Shown here in pieces: positions 8,379-18,044 of a stretch of 64,000 bases of DNA. Origin of the DNA: Candidatus Micrarchaeota archaeon. Lineage in GTDB: Archaea; Micrarchaeota; Micrarchaeia; Anstonellales; Bilamarchaeaceae. The notes under the pieces were generated by a model. It was not told where the DNA came from, searched no databases, and saw only the letters and a list, made by a program, of their open reading frames with translations. A program made the translations under genes and the position numbers. The stretch is from positions 7,540 through 71,539 of the forward strand of contig JAQBFN010000020.1 of NCBI GenBank assembly GCA_032123335.1. Direction: 5' to 3'. The number at the start of each line of letters is the position of its first letter. The stretch's first letter is position 1.

Positions 8379-9510
8379 TAGTCTTCTTTTTCCCATCAAA
8401 ATCATCCATTATCTTTTTTCCCAGCACCACAAATCCTGAGAGAAGCACTGCAGAAAACACAAACATTGCTTCCGTCCCAAACGCTTCAAGTGCAAAACCC
8501 GCACCTGCAAATACCACGAAAGCCCCAAGATTAGTAGGTGCAATAAGCGTTGCAATCCTCGCTGAAACCCCCCGTTTCCCAGCTTCCACAAGGTACCCAA
8601 TCATACCCTCATTCAGCCCAAAGCAAACCCCGAACCCAAACCCTGCCAGCATAAGCACCGCGCTGAAGTACTGCCCTGCAAAAGGAAGCATAACAATCAT
8701 TGGAATCGCCATAAGCTGGAAGAACAGCAGCCTGCCCTCATCCATTTTCATCCTTACGCTCAGTAAACTCCCCATCCCCATGGACAGGTAGAATGCAGTA
8801 AGCATAATCGCAATCTCAAGGTAGCTCATTCCCATGTCAATGTCCATCATTACCGGAAGCAGGAAAGTGAACAGCAGCATAAACGAAACATTCACAAGCA
8901 CAACTGCAGCAGACACATGCCAGAAATCCAGGTGCCTCTTTTGTATATTGAACAGGCTCCTCCAATCCGGCTTTTCCATATTCGCTCCCCTATTCACAAG
9001 AGTAAGCGAAATCACTATCCCCACAAGCCCAATCGCAATAAGGACCGCAAAAACCATCTCGAACGAAAAATAAGCTATAATCAGCCCTGCCCCAATCAGC
9101 CCCATCGCAGCCCCAAAAGATCTCAAAACCCCCATCAATGTCAGGTACTTTTTCTCATGCGCCCTCGCCATTATCGCAGTACGGTCCACTGCCCAGAAAA
9201 ATGCATCCGTAGCACCCTCACTTATTTTCCCAAGCCCAAACATCAAAGGTGTTTTCGCAAACAGCAGAATCACATTAGTTATCGTATGGAAAACAGTATT
9301 TGCAATAAAGAATGGCTTCACCCCCTTCACATCCGCAAACACAGAAGAAATAGTCCTCACAATCAGGAACGCAAGCGGAAGCAAAGAAAGAATCAGCCCA
9401 ATCTCCCCAACATCTATCCCCCGGCTGATAAGGTAAAGCGGAAGCGTAACCGTAAGCGCCCCATACTTAAATTGCTGGATGAAGTTGAGAGTGCCTATCT
9501 TCCTGAGCAT
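8329..9510 (-). CDS. MFS-type transporter
   Basis: About 12 predicted TM helices with a two-halves organisation. Hydrophobic throughout. Confidence 0.75.
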   Translation of the reverse strand: MLRKIGTLNFIQQFKYGALTVTLPLYLISRGIDVGEIGLILSLLPLAFLIVRTISSVFADVKGVKPFFIANTVFHTITNVILLFAKTPLMFGLGKISEGATDAFFWAVDRTAIMARAHEKKYLTLMGVLRSFGAAMGLIGAGLIIAYFSFEMVFAVLIAIGLVGIVISLTLVNRGANMEKPDWRSLFNIQKRHLDFWHVSAAVVLVNVSFMLLFTFLLPVMMDIDMGMSYLEIAIMLTAFYLSMGMGSLLSVRMKMDEGRLLFFQLMAIPMIVMLPFAGQYFSAVLMLAGFGFGVCFGLNEGMIGYLVEAGKRGVSARIATLIAPTNLGAFVVFAGAGFALEAFGTEAMFVFSAVLLSGFVVLGKKIMDDFDGKKKTIIEYHPHRGPVAQTGK

Positions 9511-9579
9511 GTTCTTTCTTCCCCTTCTCCTTTCACTATTCCCTTAACCTTTTAATTTAATTCCCCCACTTCTCTCCCT

Positions 9580-10221
9580 ATGCTCGATGAACAGCTCAGG
9601 GAACAGGTAAGGAAAAAACTCTCTTCCGAAATGAAGGGAAACGTAAAGCTTATACTTTTTGGTGAAGGCAACGACTGCACTTACTGCCTTGAATACAAAG
9701 AACTCGTAGAAGAACTCGCATCCCTAAGCGAAAAACTCTCATCAGAAGTCCATCCCTTTTCTTCCCCGGAGCGCGAAAAATACGGCGTAGACATCGCCCC
9801 CTCTTTAGTAGTTTATTCCGAAGAGCACGATACAAGCGCAATCTTTTGCGGACCCCCCGGCTCCCATTTTTTCATAATCCTGCTCGAAGACATACTCGAT
9901 GCCTCCCGCGGTTCCCCCGATATCTCCAAAGAAGTAATTGAAAAAGCAAAAGCCATAGATTTCCCCGTAAAAATCCGGGTGTTCGCTTCCCAGACCTGCC
10001 CCCACTGCCCCCCCGCAGTAAAAGCGGCGCACGATTTTTCCCTCATCAACCCAAAAATAAAAGCCCAGATGGTCAACAGCTCCTTTTTCCCTGCACTCTG
10101 CCAAAAATACCGCGTAATGGGAGTCCCCAAAACAGTAATCAATGATAGGATCGAATTCACGGGTGCGCAGCCCCCAAGCGAGCTCCTGAAACACATCCTC
10201 AGGCTTAAGGAAAATCCCTGA
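9580..10221 (+). CDS. Protein disulfide oxidoreductase (two thioredoxin-fold units; archaeal glutaredoxin-like PDO)
   Basis: Two CxxC active sites (CTYC and CPHC) in a ~210-aa protein, as in Pyrococcus PDO. Confidence 0.75.
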   Translation: MLDEQLREQVRKKLSSEMKGNVKLILFGEGNDCTYCLEYKELVEELASLSEKLSSEVHPFSSPEREKYGVDIAPSLVVYSEEHDTSAIFCGPPGSHFFIILLEDILDASRGSPDISKEVIEKAKAIDFPVKIRVFASQTCPHCPPAVKAAHDFSLINPKIKAQMVNSSFFPALCQKYRVMGVPKTVINDRIEFTGAQPPSELLKHILRLKENP

Positions 10222-10264
10222 CATGGGAAACCCTTAAATACCTATTATCACCGAATAAACACGT

Positions 10265-11680
10265 ATGAATTTTGAGAGTACTGCAGAAGTGCCAATTCCC
10301 CAAGACCCCTTAGAAAGGGTGATAGGCCAGGAAGAAGCAGTAAAAATCTCTCGCATAGTCTCAACTCAGAAGCGCCATCTCCTGATGGTAGGCGCCCCCG
10401 GTACAGGGAAAAGCATGATTGCGCGCACTATCGCCAACCTTTTTCATTCCCCACAGCAGGAACTCTCAGTTTTGCACAATATGGAACGCCCCGAGCGCCC
10501 GATACTTGCGGTGCGCACAAGGGAAATGCTCGAAAGGGAAAAAGGCGAAAAGGAAAAGGAATGGGGCGAGGTTCTCCATCCTGCAGAAGTTCCCTCATTT
10601 GTTTCTGAAAGGCTGGGGTTCCGCTGCAGGAGGTGCGGAGACCTTTCCATCTCCCGTGCCCTCTATTGCCAGTCCTGCGGAGCTGACAAGCATCCCAACA
10701 AGGACTCCCCCTTTGGAGACCTACTCCCAAACTCTGAACAGCGCGATGGCCGCGTCCACGCAGTCCGCATAGATGAAGAGGGGGAAGAGGAGCCGGTAAT
10801 CTACGAAAAAACCGAAGATGACCGCATCCGCAAGCTTACCTATACTGAGCTCAAGAAGCGCAGCGTTTCAAGCGCAAAGAAGCTCCGCAAGGTAATCGTT
10901 CCGCTCAACCGCCCCACATTTGTCCAGGTGGTTGGAAACAACGAAACCGAACTCCTCGGTGATGTTCGCCATGACCCATATGGGAGCCACCCTGAAATCG
11001 GGACTCCCCCTTACCTCCGCGTAACCGCGGGCGCAATCCACGAAGCCCACGAAGGCGTCCTTTACGTGGATGAGATGACCACGCTTGGGGAAGCCCAGAA
11101 ATATCTCCTCACCGCAATGCAGGAAAAAAAATTCCTGATCACCGGACGAAATCCCTCCAGCGCAGGCTCCACGGTTCGCGTTGAATCCGTTCCCTGCGAC
11201 TTCATACTCGTAGGCGCAATGAACATCAATGACCTTCCTTCCCTTTCACCCGCACTCCGCTCAAGAATCCGCGGAAGCGGCTACGAAATTGTCCTCAACA
11301 CAAACATGGAAGACACTAACTACAACCAGGAAAAAATGTCCCAGTTTGTTGCCCAGGAAATCCAGATGGATGGCCGCATCCCCCACGCCACCGCAGAAGC
11401 AGTGGAAAAAGTACTGGAGGAATCCCGCAAGATTTGCAGGATCACGGACAACAAATCCGGCCTCACGCTCCGCCTCCGCATCCTTAGCGGAATCATAAAG
11501 CTCGCAGGCGACTTCGCCTCCATAGAAAATTCCAAATTCATAGAGTCGGCCCACATGACCCAGGCAATAAAGCAGGCCAAATCCGCAGAGGAGCAACTTG
11601 AAGAAAAATACGGAAACATCTGGAGCGCAGGCATGGCTGATTACGGTGCCCGCCTCAAAAAAGGCTCAGAAATCGCCTAA
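10265..11680 (+). CDS. LonB-type AAA+ ATPase lacking the S16 protease domain, with a C4 zinc-ribbon insert
   Basis: VIGQEEAV…LLMVGAPGTGKSM (Walker A), VLYVDEM (Walker B), LLTAMQEKKFLITG…PCDFILVGAMN…ALRSRIRGSGYEIVL and FVAQEIQMDGRIPH…LTLRLR. All are LonB AAA+ hallmarks. CRRCG…CQSCG lies between Walker A and B where LonB normally has TM helices. The protein ends where the protease domain would begin. Confidence 0.75.
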   Translation: MNFESTAEVPIPQDPLERVIGQEEAVKISRIVSTQKRHLLMVGAPGTGKSMIARTIANLFHSPQQELSVLHNMERPERPILAVRTREMLEREKGEKEKEWGEVLHPAEVPSFVSERLGFRCRRCGDLSISRALYCQSCGADKHPNKDSPFGDLLPNSEQRDGRVHAVRIDEEGEEEPVIYEKTEDDRIRKLTYTELKKRSVSSAKKLRKVIVPLNRPTFVQVVGNNETELLGDVRHDPYGSHPEIGTPPYLRVTAGAIHEAHEGVLYVDEMTTLGEAQKYLLTAMQEKKFLITGRNPSSAGSTVRVESVPCDFILVGAMNINDLPSLSPALRSRIRGSGYEIVLNTNMEDTNYNQEKMSQFVAQEIQMDGRIPHATAEAVEKVLEESRKICRITDNKSGLTLRLRILSGIIKLAGDFASIENSKFIESAHMTQAIKQAKSAEEQLEEKYGNIWSAGMADYGARLKKGSEIA

Positions 11681-11746
11681 TTGTTGCTCTTCGTGTAAAT
11701 ACGAGTATATTTATATCTTTTTATCCCTAAATATATCCTGGTAATC

Positions 11747-12295
11747 ATGGGAAATGAAAAAGATGATGAAACGCCCAGCAGCCTTGATGATGCATTCGCA
11801 GCAATTGCAGGAATGCAATCAGTTTCCCCAGGCCCCTCAATTTTCGAGCAGCCCACAATAATGCCTCTCCCTGCAGGGGAGGAAGCAGAAAAACAGCCCG
11901 TTGTGTACCTTTCCCTTACCGAGAGGATAAACCTTGAGGAGTCCCTCCTGAAAAACTGCAGCAGCGAGACAAAGAACTGCGCTGCTGATTCGCTCGTTGA
12001 ATTTGCAGACTCCGATGAATGCACAATCGTTCATTCAAGAAGGATTTTGGATATCCTTACATTCTACAACAAAGAGAATGAAAGCCAGTTTTCTTCGCAG
12101 CTCCGCAAAGTAAAGAAATGCTTCGATAATCTGCTTGGCATATCTCATATGGAAACAATAGAATTCGAAAAAAGGGACACCTGGCCATATGAACCTGAAA
12201 GGCGAATCATGCCCCCGCGCGAAGGGAGGCAGGGCCCGAAAAAATCCCCTATGGATACAACCCTGAAGATAGGCAAATCTACTTCTAAAAAATAG
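11747..12295 (+). CDS. Hypothetical protein (acidic N-terminus, basic C-terminus)
   Basis: ORF only. No motif recognised. Confidence 0.3.
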   Translation: MGNEKDDETPSSLDDAFAAIAGMQSVSPGPSIFEQPTIMPLPAGEEAEKQPVVYLSLTERINLEESLLKNCSSETKNCAADSLVEFADSDECTIVHSRRILDILTFYNKENESQFSSQLRKVKKCFDNLLGISHMETIEFEKRDTWPYEPERRIMPPREGRQGPKKSPMDTTLKIGKSTSKK

Positions 12296-12394
12296 TTAAG
12301 GGCGGAGGGGGAGAGGACAAACAACTGTGTGGGTGGGAGGTGAGCTGCCCTTCTCCGGTCGCCTCGCGCCTAATACTCTCCGCTTTCGCGGAAA

Positions 12395-12826
12395 TTAGCG
12401 CAAGAGGAAGTACATTTTTCTTCCTACTTGTATTTTTTCCAGAACACCCTGCTTCGTTAGCCTATTCAGCCTCGAGCTCGCTGCATTGCTGCCCTTGTAA
12501 CCGAATTCTTTCTGAACATCCCGTGCGGTGGACTTGCCTGCCTTGGCAACAAAGTCTACTATTTTCTGGTCTATTTCGGAGAGGAACGCGTTTTGGGGAG
12601 GTACGCTCGCTTCCTTACCAGCCTCGATCTTATCCAACCGCGCCAGGACATTCTTTAGTACTCGGTTCGTGTTTTCCCTTTCTTCCAGGAGCTTGTAGGC
12701 TATGGTCGCTAGCACTACCGGGTCCTTGAATTTCTCAAGGTTCTCCCTCAACTCTTCCTCTATTTCTTTCTGGAGGTACGGGGACGGCACGCTTTTAAAC
12801 TTTTCCTTCGATTGTCTCTCGGGCAT
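12395..12826 (-). CDS. Winged-helix transcriptional regulator
   Basis: C-terminal wHTH (…IVDFVAKAGKSTARDVQKEFGYKGSNAASSRLNRLTKQGVLEKIQVGRKMYF). Divergent from the downstream nuclease operon. Confidence 0.6.
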   Translation of the reverse strand: MPERQSKEKFKSVPSPYLQKEIEEELRENLEKFKDPVVLATIAYKLLEERENTNRVLKNVLARLDKIEAGKEASVPPQNAFLSEIDQKIVDFVAKAGKSTARDVQKEFGYKGSNAASSRLNRLTKQGVLEKIQVGRKMYFLLR

Positions 12827-12963
12827 TTTTTACTTGCCTCACTTGGGTGTCTGTTGTTGCGACAAACTTGTGCAACTGTCATGACATTATCATGATAAGT
12901 TTATAAGCCTCACATTTTCCCCTCTTCTCTCCGTCGAAACTCTTTTTCAAAATAGCCCCAAAA

Positions 12964-13578
12964 ATGCCCTTTTTTGCCCCAAATAGCTCAATTTTTATAA
13001 GTTACTCCAGATACTCCAACATGCTCGACCTCCCGACTGCCGCCAAATTGGTGCAAGACGCATTCAGGACCAGGAACCAGCGCAAGATGCGCAAGGCTAA
13101 TGACAAGATCATGAGGGAATGGATTCTCTCTCCTTCCAATGAGCTATACCAACTCTCCGTTTACTCATATGTGCTCGCGAAAATACTTTCCAAGCCCCGC
13201 TTCATGGGCAGAACATACTCGGGAAAGCACAAGGAAATAGATTCCCTCCTTTCACGGCTCGTTTCCCTTGCACAAAAAAACAACCAAAAGGAATTCTCCC
13301 AAACCCTCCTCACCCTCAAGGCATCAATCCAGGATGTGGAAAGCTCGGATGCGCGATACATAAAGAACATGATGGAAAAGGGCCGCCTCAAAACCGCGGC
13401 CACCCTTTATGCACAGGGCATATCGCTTTCTGCCGCCTCCGAAATGACCGGAGTGGAGAAACAGGAGATAATGGACTATGCGGGAAAAACCCTGATGTTT
13501 GACCGCATGGGAGAAGGGGAAAACCTTCCCAAGCGCCTGAAAAAAGCAAGGAAAATACTCATGGGTGGTAAAAAATGA
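12964..13578 (+). CDS. Hypothetical protein, first gene of the putative nuclease operon (true start may be Met19, MLDLPT…)
   Basis: ORF only. 4-bp overlap (ATGA) with the next gene. Confidence 0.35.
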   Translation: MPFFAPNSSIFISYSRYSNMLDLPTAAKLVQDAFRTRNQRKMRKANDKIMREWILSPSNELYQLSVYSYVLAKILSKPRFMGRTYSGKHKEIDSLLSRLVSLAQKNNQKEFSQTLLTLKASIQDVESSDARYIKNMMEKGRLKTAATLYAQGISLSAASEMTGVEKQEIMDYAGKTLMFDRMGEGENLPKRLKKARKILMGGKK

Positions 13579-14261
13579 AAACCAACTACGTTCTCTGTGA
13601 TGCGAGCTCCCTCATTTCCCTCACAGTCTCCTGCCTCGATAGCCTTCTCCCGTTTTTCCAGGAGAAGTTCGGGATTCGCTTCCTGATTCCCAAATCAGTT
13701 GAATATGAAGCAGTAACCCGCCCACTTTCTTTCAAGAGCAAGATACACAGCTTTTCCGCCCTCCGCATCAAGGACATGATACATGATGAGGTAATTGAAG
13801 TAGTTTCTGATAACGCAGAAGAGGAAACAAAGGAGCTGATGAGGCTTGGAAACAGCATATTCCATGCACGTGGCCGCACTGTCCGCCTAATGCACATGGG
13901 CGAAACCGAGATGCTCGTTCTTGCAAGCCGCCTCCAGGTACCATCTCTCCTCATGGATGAGCGCACAACCCGCATACTTGTAGAGGATCCAATCTCAATG
14001 AAGAAGCACCTCCAGCATGAATTCCGTGCAAACATAATGGTGAACAAGAAGAATCTCCTGGATTTCTCTTCCAAGGTAAAAGACCTGGACGTAATCCGCA
14101 GCACCGAGCTTCTTTACCTCGCATATGAAAACGGCTTCCTCAAGCACTTCAACGACATAGAAAAAGACGCTGCGGAAGCAGCCCTTTACAATCTCAAATA
14201 CGCGGGCTGCGCAGTAAGCTTCAACGAACTCAAGGAATATGCAAAGTTGATGGTGAAATGA
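13575..14261 (+). CDS. PIN-domain protein (putative nuclease)
   Basis: N-terminal YVLCDASSLISL (PIN acidic motif 1). Downstream conserved acidic residues (…GETEMLVLA…, …LMDERTTRIL…). Overlaps both neighbours by 4 bp. Confidence 0.45.
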   Translation: MKTNYVLCDASSLISLTVSCLDSLLPFFQEKFGIRFLIPKSVEYEAVTRPLSFKSKIHSFSALRIKDMIHDEVIEVVSDNAEEETKELMRLGNSIFHARGRTVRLMHMGETEMLVLASRLQVPSLLMDERTTRILVEDPISMKKHLQHEFRANIMVNKKNLLDFSSKVKDLDVIRSTELLYLAYENGFLKHFNDIEKDAAEAALYNLKYAGCAVSFNELKEYAKLMVK

Positions 14262-14923
14262 ACAAGGCCCTAATCGCAATGGATACCCGCGAAGACTCCT
14301 CCTTCCGGGAACTCCTGGAATCCCACGGTGCAGAAGTCCAGGTTTCTCCTCTCCCAGTGGGAGATTTCATCTGCTCCGACCGCACAGTGATAGAGCGCAA
14401 AACCCGCTCTGATTTTGAATCCTCAGTAATTGATGGCCGCCTCTTTGACCAGCTTTCCCGCCTCTCTTCTTCCTATTCCCGCGTAATCCTCATTATAGAA
14501 GGAACAGAATCTCCCGGCACTCTCCAGAAGCCCTCCCTCCTTGGCGCATACTCCTCCGTTCTCACAGACTACGGGGCAGGAATGTTCTTCACCCGCTCAC
14601 CCGAATCCACCGCAGAACTAATTTATGCAATTGCAAAGCACGAGCAGCTGATGGAGAAGCGCCCCCTCCGCATAAGCGGAAAGCCCAAAGGCAAAACCCT
14701 CCCCCAAAACCAGATTGCAATCGTAGAAATGCTCCCCCTCGTAGGCCCGAAAATGGCCCGCACCCTCCTTGAAAATTTCGGCACCATAGAGAACCTTTTC
14801 AACGCTTCTGAAGAAGACCTCCTCAAGATTGAAGGCCTTGGAAAAAAGAAGGCAAATGTAATCCGCAAGGCCCTCACCACCCCCTACGAACCCGAAGAAG
14901 AAATCCCACCGGAAGAATACTAA
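14258..14923 (+). CDS. xpf: Short archaeal XPF/ERCC4-family structure-specific endonuclease (nuclease + HhH2)
   Basis: ERCC4 signature …LPVGDFI…VIERKTRSDFESSVIDGRLFDQ… plus a C-terminal tandem helix-hairpin-helix (MLPLVGPKMARTLLENFGTIENL…LLKIEGLGKKKANVI). Confidence 0.8.
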   Translation: MNKALIAMDTREDSSFRELLESHGAEVQVSPLPVGDFICSDRTVIERKTRSDFESSVIDGRLFDQLSRLSSSYSRVILIIEGTESPGTLQKPSLLGAYSSVLTDYGAGMFFTRSPESTAELIYAIAKHEQLMEKRPLRISGKPKGKTLPQNQIAIVEMLPLVGPKMARTLLENFGTIENLFNASEEDLLKIEGLGKKKANVIRKALTTPYEPEEEIPPEEY

Positions 14924-14953
14924 GAATACCCTTTTATTACTTATTTCCGATAT

Positions 14954-15877
14954 GTGCACATGATTCTCCCCGTCAGAGGTAAATCCATAGGCCTGGACAA
15001 GGGAAAGTGCGACCTCCCATTCCTTTCGCACGCCCACGGGGACCACACAAGCGGGATGAAATCCAAAGAAGAAATCATTGCAACCGAAGCAACAATCGAG
15101 CTCGCCCGCCTTTCCGCTTCCTCAGTTTCCCACCCTGGAACCGAACTCCTCAACGCCGGCCACATCCTAGGCTCCACCCAGCTTTGGGCCGAATCCGATG
15201 GCTCCACTACCCTTTACACAGGGGATTTCCGCACCCAGGACGGAATCTACACAAAAGGCGCAACCCCCAAGGAAGCTGACCGCCTCATAATTGAATGCAC
15301 CTATGGAGACCCCTCAATCACTTTCCCCCCACTTGAAGAAACATACTCCCAGATTTCCCGCTGGGTAAAATCCAACTCCAACGCCATCCTTGTTTTCGGT
15401 GCTTATAATCTAGGAAAAACCCAGGAACTAATCAAAATCCTCAACGAGTACTGCTCCATAACCCCAGTAGTTACCCAGGAATCCGAGCACTTTAACCAGG
15501 TTTACGAAAAGCACGGAGTCAAACTCGACCGCGTAGTTGTAGGAACAGATGAAGCAGAAGAAGTTATGCGCGGCCCCTTCGTATCCATTGCCCCCCCACG
15601 CATTGCAAAGCGCACCTTCACCTCCAAGCTCTCCGGAGCCTTCAACCTTCCAGCCTACTCCGCACTTGTTTCCGGCTGGGTCCAGAAATACCGCACACGT
15701 GTGGATGCGGGCTTCCCTCTCAGCGACCACTCAGACTTCAACGATATCCTGGAATATATTGACCTCGTAAACCCAAAAGAAGTTGTATTCGTGCACGGGG
15801 ATGGCTCCCATTTAATGCGCGCCCTCAACAAAAGAAAAGGAACCTTATTCGCCTCGCTTGGGGGCAGCAGCCCATAA
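14954..15877 (+). CDS. Metallo-beta-lactamase-fold nuclease (beta-CASP-like, 307 aa)
   Basis: HxHxDH motif (SHAHGDH). Downstream SDHSD and a terminal VFVHGDGSH, which resemble beta-CASP motifs B and C. It lies 30 bp after xpf on the same strand. Confidence 0.6.
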   Translation: MHMILPVRGKSIGLDKGKCDLPFLSHAHGDHTSGMKSKEEIIATEATIELARLSASSVSHPGTELLNAGHILGSTQLWAESDGSTTLYTGDFRTQDGIYTKGATPKEADRLIIECTYGDPSITFPPLEETYSQISRWVKSNSNAILVFGAYNLGKTQELIKILNEYCSITPVVTQESEHFNQVYEKHGVKLDRVVVGTDEAEEVMRGPFVSIAPPRIAKRTFTSKLSGAFNLPAYSALVSGWVQKYRTRVDAGFPLSDHSDFNDILEYIDLVNPKEVVFVHGDGSHLMRALNKRKGTLFASLGGSSP

Positions 15878-15901
15878 TCCTTTTTTAATCTATCCATACT
15901 C

Positions 15902-15910
15902 AATATATCT
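15902..15910 (+). promoter_or_regulatory. Putative TATA box (aatatatct) about 26 bp upstream of tRNA-His
   Basis: Position and composition only. Confidence 0.3.
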
Positions 15911-15927
15911 CTCAACCTTACTACCAT

Positions 15928-16000
15928 GGCCATGGTAGTGTAGCTGGCATCACGGGGGGTTGTGGTCCCCTTAACCCGAGTTCGAATCTCGGTCATGGCC
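15928..16000 (+). tRNA. tRNA-His (anticodon GUG) with a genome-encoded G-1
   Basis: Acceptor GCCATGG/TCATGGC, anticodon stem GGGGG/CCCCT with loop TTGTGGT, T-arm CCGAG-TTCGAAT-CTCGG. An extra 5' G at 15928 pairs with discriminator C73, the archaeal tRNA-His hallmark. Confidence 0.85.
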
Positions 16001-16032
16001 CTTCAATTCCGGCCCATCAGAAAAAGAGTAAT

Positions 16033-16308
16033 TCAAACCTTCACTTTTTTCATTCCGTTCATCATCTTCCTGTAAACAACCAGGATAATAAATCCGATAA
16101 CAGTCGCAATTAAAGCAACGCTAAAATCCACCACTACCACAGAGTGCGATGCAAGCACATCTCCGAGCAGCCCTACCAGCAAGTCCTTCAAAAATTGCGC
16201 CCACAATATTGCGATTGCCACTATAATCCCGAACTTCAGGCTGCGCGGAACCCCGTCCCCAACTCCCATAATCGGTTTCTTGGGTTTATTGTTGGCCATA
16301 AACCCCAA
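16033..16308 (-). CDS. Small membrane protein (2 TM; true start possibly Met14)
   Basis: Two hydrophobic helices and a basic C-terminus. No family recognised. Confidence 0.3.
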   Translation of the reverse strand: MGFMANNKPKKPIMGVGDGVPRSLKFGIIVAIAILWAQFLKDLLVGLLGDVLASHSVVVVDFSVALIATVIGFIILVVYRKMMNGMKKVKV

Positions 16309-16388
16309 TCTCCTGAAAACTTTTTAAATCCGCAATCAATCAAAAGCCTTTAAAATCTCCCAACCAAAATCACTCAGGGTGAGCCTCC

Positions 16389-17354
16389 TTGAAAAAGTTC
16401 CTTACGAACAAATACCAAATCGCGCTCGATGTACTAATTTCCTTAATAATAGTTGCAGCGCTGCTCCACTTCGCAGGCTTCAATGAATTCATAGACGCGC
16501 TCGCCAACATCAACCTTTTCTGGCTCATCATCTCTATCATTCTCCTGCTCGGAATGTACATAATGATGACTTTCCGGATGAAAATCCTCCTGGATGAAAT
16601 GAAATCCCCGCTCCCCTGGCTCTCAATTTTCAAGTGCCACCTCACCGGAATGCTCCTCTCGGATATAACTCCCGCAAGAAGCGGCTACCTCGCAACCGCA
16701 GCAGTACTGCACAAGAACTACAAAGTCCCCTCAGAAAAAGCCATGGTCGCCATACTCGGCCCCCAGGCCTATGATTTCATTTTCAAAATAGTTGTGGGCG
16801 GTCTCGCAATCCTCTTCCTGCTTGAATACGTAGGAATCGAAAACGGCTGGATTATGTACTTAGGAGTCGCAGGCCTCTCCTTCGTCCTGCTCATAATGCT
16901 CCTCCTGATGTATTCCCGCCGCTTCCTCAATGCTTTCAAGTTCTCAGAAAACTGGCCATTCTTAGGAAAGATTTACGCAATGTTTCATCGCGTGCAGGAC
17001 CATTCAGATGTAGTAATCAAGAAAACCCCCATTCTCATAACATTATTGCTAATAACCTGGACCCTGAAAGCATTCTCCTGGTATGCAATCGCCCTCTCCC
17101 TAAACATGACCCTAAACTTCCCTTACCCTGAAGAAGCATTCTATTTCTTTTTCCAGCCCCTTGCAACAATGCTCGAATTCGTTCCCACTCCAACCCTCGC
17201 AGGCCTAGGATTCAGCGAAGCCGGAGGCGTACTCATCCTTTCCCTATTCGGAGTAACCGCAGCCCAGGCAACAGCCTTCATGCTCGTTGCCCGCTTCAAA
17301 ACCACACTAGTAAATCTCCCGGGAATAGAAGAAGCCCTAAAACTAATCAAATAA
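16389..17354 (+). CDS. Flippase-like membrane protein (UPF0104 / lysylphosphatidylglycerol-synthase TM-domain family)
   Basis: About 8 TM helices and a DITPARSGY (P-x-R-x-G) motif characteristic of the family. Confidence 0.5.
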   Translation: MKKFLTNKYQIALDVLISLIIVAALLHFAGFNEFIDALANINLFWLIISIILLLGMYIMMTFRMKILLDEMKSPLPWLSIFKCHLTGMLLSDITPARSGYLATAAVLHKNYKVPSEKAMVAILGPQAYDFIFKIVVGGLAILFLLEYVGIENGWIMYLGVAGLSFVLLIMLLLMYSRRFLNAFKFSENWPFLGKIYAMFHRVQDHSDVVIKKTPILITLLLITWTLKAFSWYAIALSLNMTLNFPYPEEAFYFFFQPLATMLEFVPTPTLAGLGFSEAGGVLILSLFGVTAAQATAFMLVARFKTTLVNLPGIEEALKLIK

Positions 17355-17978
17355 TCACAATCTAATCATAAAAGTAGTCCTGTACACCCTTCTCCCTTCC
17401 TTCTCCCCAGCAAGCGTCTTGCTTATTTTCGCCTTTAATTTAAGCTCTGCAAGCATCTCCACAACCGCTTTGGAGTCCCCAACGTACAAATCCATACCCT
17501 CCTTCTTTTCTTCCTCCTTAGTCAGGAATGTTCTCTTGCCCAGCATTTTCTTGAGGGTCCAGTATGCCTTTTTTATCCTTCCCGAAGGCCCACGAAGCTG
17601 TATGATCGCCTCGAAATACCCCCCACTCTGCCTTGAGCAGGCCTGGCATACCGTCTTCACAACGGTAGCATTAATCTTCTCCTTTACAGGGAACATTGTG
17701 CTCTTGTCCCCCACATAAAAAGTAGCCTCCTGCTGCCTGAAATCATAGCTTCCGCTAATAAATTCCCCTTTGCATTTTGAAATCACTTCCTTTGCAAGCT
17801 TGCTCTCGTCTGCATTCACCCAGTTGCCCTTGAGCCTCACCTTCCCGCATTTGGTACAGCGGATATACTCCAGCCTTTTAGGGCACTTGATATGCACGGG
17901 CTTGCATTTTATGCAAAACGGGCCTGAAAAAGGAACCTCCTTATCTGAGACCCCGCACTTTGCACACCTTAATTCCAT
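17355..17978 (-). CDS. NMD3-family protein (archaeal ribosome biogenesis/export factor homologue)
   Basis: N-terminal double Cys4 zinc cluster: CAKCG…CIKC…CPK…CTKCG. Confidence 0.55.
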   Translation of the reverse strand: MELRCAKCGVSDKEVPFSGPFCIKCKPVHIKCPKRLEYIRCTKCGKVRLKGNWVNADESKLAKEVISKCKGEFISGSYDFRQQEATFYVGDKSTMFPVKEKINATVVKTVCQACSRQSGGYFEAIIQLRGPSGRIKKAYWTLKKMLGKRTFLTKEEEKKEGMDLYVGDSKAVVEMLAELKLKAKISKTLAGEKEGRRVYRTTFMIRL

Positions 17979-18044
17979 ATAGCTAATTTAGCCATCCACC
18001 TTCTTTAAATAGCTTACTAATTATAGACTCCAAAAGGTGAGCAG

